From contig JARDVH010000169.1 of NCBI GenBank assembly GCA_030324005.1, positions 11,583,852 through 11,647,851 on the forward strand: DNA of 64,000 bases. Direction: 5' to 3'. The position numbers and the translations under genes are program-made. Positions 61,806-64,000 of this stretch are shown piece after piece. Position 1 is the first letter of the stretch. Each line of letters starts with the position of its first letter. The stretch is from Negaprion brevirostris. Its lineage: Eukaryota. The notes below the pieces were generated by a model. The model had not been told where the DNA came from. It ran no database searches and saw only the letters and a program-made list of their open reading frames with translations.

Positions 61806-64000
61806 CAGGCTTTTCTGTAGGTATACAATAATGAATCTCCATTTCTGATGCTTAGTTTTAATCCAAAATCTTCAAATGCTATTCTGTTAATTGTTCATCT
61901 AGCCAGAATAAATATAATAAACTGTCTTGTTTAGGATCTCTTAAATTGTCCTGTGATCATAAGTAAAAAAAACTATTTTCAAATAATTTATTTTTATATT
62001 GTGTTGTCTATATGGATCTCTCCTAAATGTACTTGACAAATCATTTAACAGGAGTAGTACTAAGTTTTTTACTCACTTTTGCATTTGTCTGAAGAGAAAC
62101 CTAGTGAAATGACTGAAGCATTTTTATTAACAGGCGAAGGAGTGAAGATGCTATTTTAAATAAAACCTCACAGATGGAATACTTTATAAATACCATCATT
62201 TCTTCCATCAGCTCTTATTCGCCACGTAGGTTAAACTTAAGGTCAAAAAATAGTCATGTTACAGTATCTGATTTTCTGTTAATAATTCTTCAATGTTTCA
62301 TAGTTATGTTAAAAGAGTAAAAGGTTGCATAGATATATTTAAAAAAGACAAGTTTTTCCTCTAGGTTTTCTAAAACATTTTAAAAGCAAAGATCAGTTGA
62401 ATGGCATTAGACTGAATTTTGTTTTGGTAATGTTGATTGTACTGCGAGAGATGGGTTTGGTACAAGGCACATTTCTGTGTTTCTAGTTAAGTAAACATTT
62501 ATCTATAATTTACCAACCTTGCTAAGCCTATCACGTCTTCTTTTTTTCTTGCCTCTATTATGGCTTGTTTGATTCTGGATTTGGCTGGGCAGATTTTGCA
62601 GCTGTCTTGAAGGTTATGACAACATCACAATCTGGCTAAAAAGTAGTCGCTGGCCATGTTCGCTGGGCCAAATCCAGGCAAGCGGATACATTTCCTGATT
62701 GCTTTGAAGTGGCAACGCATACAAATTTAACATATCACTTAGTAAAGGTTAATATAGCATGTCATTGGAATGAGCTGATGAAGTAATGATTAATTTGCTT
62801 GATGTTTGCAAATGTAAATCCCCGATAAAATATAAATAAACCAATGTATTTCTCTGGATGATTACATTTACATTTCACAGTTGAAAGGGTGTGCAGAAAG
62901 TAATTTTTTTTTTGCAACTTTGTAAACACTTATGTGAGTTGGTTGCATGATCATTACCATAGGTTTATATTTGGATGCAGATCACTGAAGACAAATTACT
63001 ACATGGATTTATGTACCACTGAGACTGATGATTAGGTTATATATGTACAGGACAGGTTTATAACCACTAATATACTGTCACGTCCAGCATAATTATTTCA
63101 CATATCCTATAAAATTAGACAGGAAATTTAGAGGTTCTCTATAACCATCCATTTAAGGATTTAACCTTGTATCTGATTTTCAATAAATCTGTTTAAGATT
63201 GTTAGCAGTTACGTAATGCTTAAGAGTTTTTCAATTACTCTGTTTCTGAATAAAGCGCCAAGTATGCATTGATTTCTGTGGCAGCTTTTAGCCTGATAAT
63301 TTATCAAATGGCATGTCAAACTTTTTACATAATCGTGCCAAACTTAATCATAACAGATAATACTGTGCAAAGCTTAAAAAACTCTAAATGGAGTACACAG
63401 ATGGCACACTGCATTGTACGTATAAATGTGTTGCCTGTGGTAGTTGGGCATAGGCTTGGATCCAAGGTTTCTCACATTGAATTCTGCATCTCGGCTTTGA
63501 GATGTGGGGCATGTTGCAAGGTATAGGAACCCTGGGTTAACTTTCCTGCTGCTTAACCTTAAGACAGTGTTGCTTTTAGTGCCTTCCAATCTTTGCTAGC
63601 TGAGAGCAACTAACTCATTACAGAGATGGAATTGGACTTGGCTCAGAATCATTTTCTTTTTGCTGATATTAATCGGTTTTGCAGATGGCAAAATAAAGTT
63701 ATATAAAATCACACACATAAGACCATTCCTGTTTTTCCCCTCGATATTCATTTCAAAGAATTTCTTAAAAAACTATCCATTAAAAGTGGCACTCAGAGGA
63801 AAGCACTGCACATATCTCTTACATAAGAGCATATTGATTCAAAGTTCTGTGGGGACTGGGTACAAATTGAATTGGAAGTCTCGAATAATCTGAAATAAAC
63901 ATGTTTAGATTGTTATCAGCCATTTTGGATCAGCTTAGATTTGGCTTGCATTAATTTATTTCTTATTACTCTGTCTTCCCTATTTTATTTTTGGGTGGAC

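Noticed and set aside
1-64000. CRISPR arrays, rRNA, operons or other prokaryotic systems
   Set aside because: The sequence is eukaryotic and intronic, with no regularly spaced repeats or dense ORFs.

Overview
This is AT-rich vertebrate genomic DNA. Its repeat families (HE1/V-SINEs, SacSINE1-like Deu-SINEs, HER1/CR1 LINEs) indicate a shark or other elasmobranch. The draft assembly has about 17 N-gaps. Only one host protein-coding exon is confidently recognised: a 132-nt, phase 1-1, plus-strand exon at 24123-24254. It encodes the MAP-kinase-insert region of an ERK1/2 kinase (equivalent to MAPK1/MAPK3 exon 6) and carries ERK1-type diagnostic residues. I found no other ERK exon, so the rest of the window appears to be two very large introns. 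These contain decayed SINEs, CR1/L2/RTE LINEs, Gypsy LTR elements, PIF/Harbinger relics (both Myb/SANT and HARBI1-type genes) and two Penelope-like families carrying minimal hammerhead ribozyme motifs. A repeat-poor block at about 27.5-34.2 kb holds a dense PBX-HOX/MEIS and CAGATGG E-box cluster, plus a candidate internal first exon in phase with ERK exon 7. All identifications are by eye and from memory of family consensus sequences. No searches were run, and repeat boundaries are approximate.
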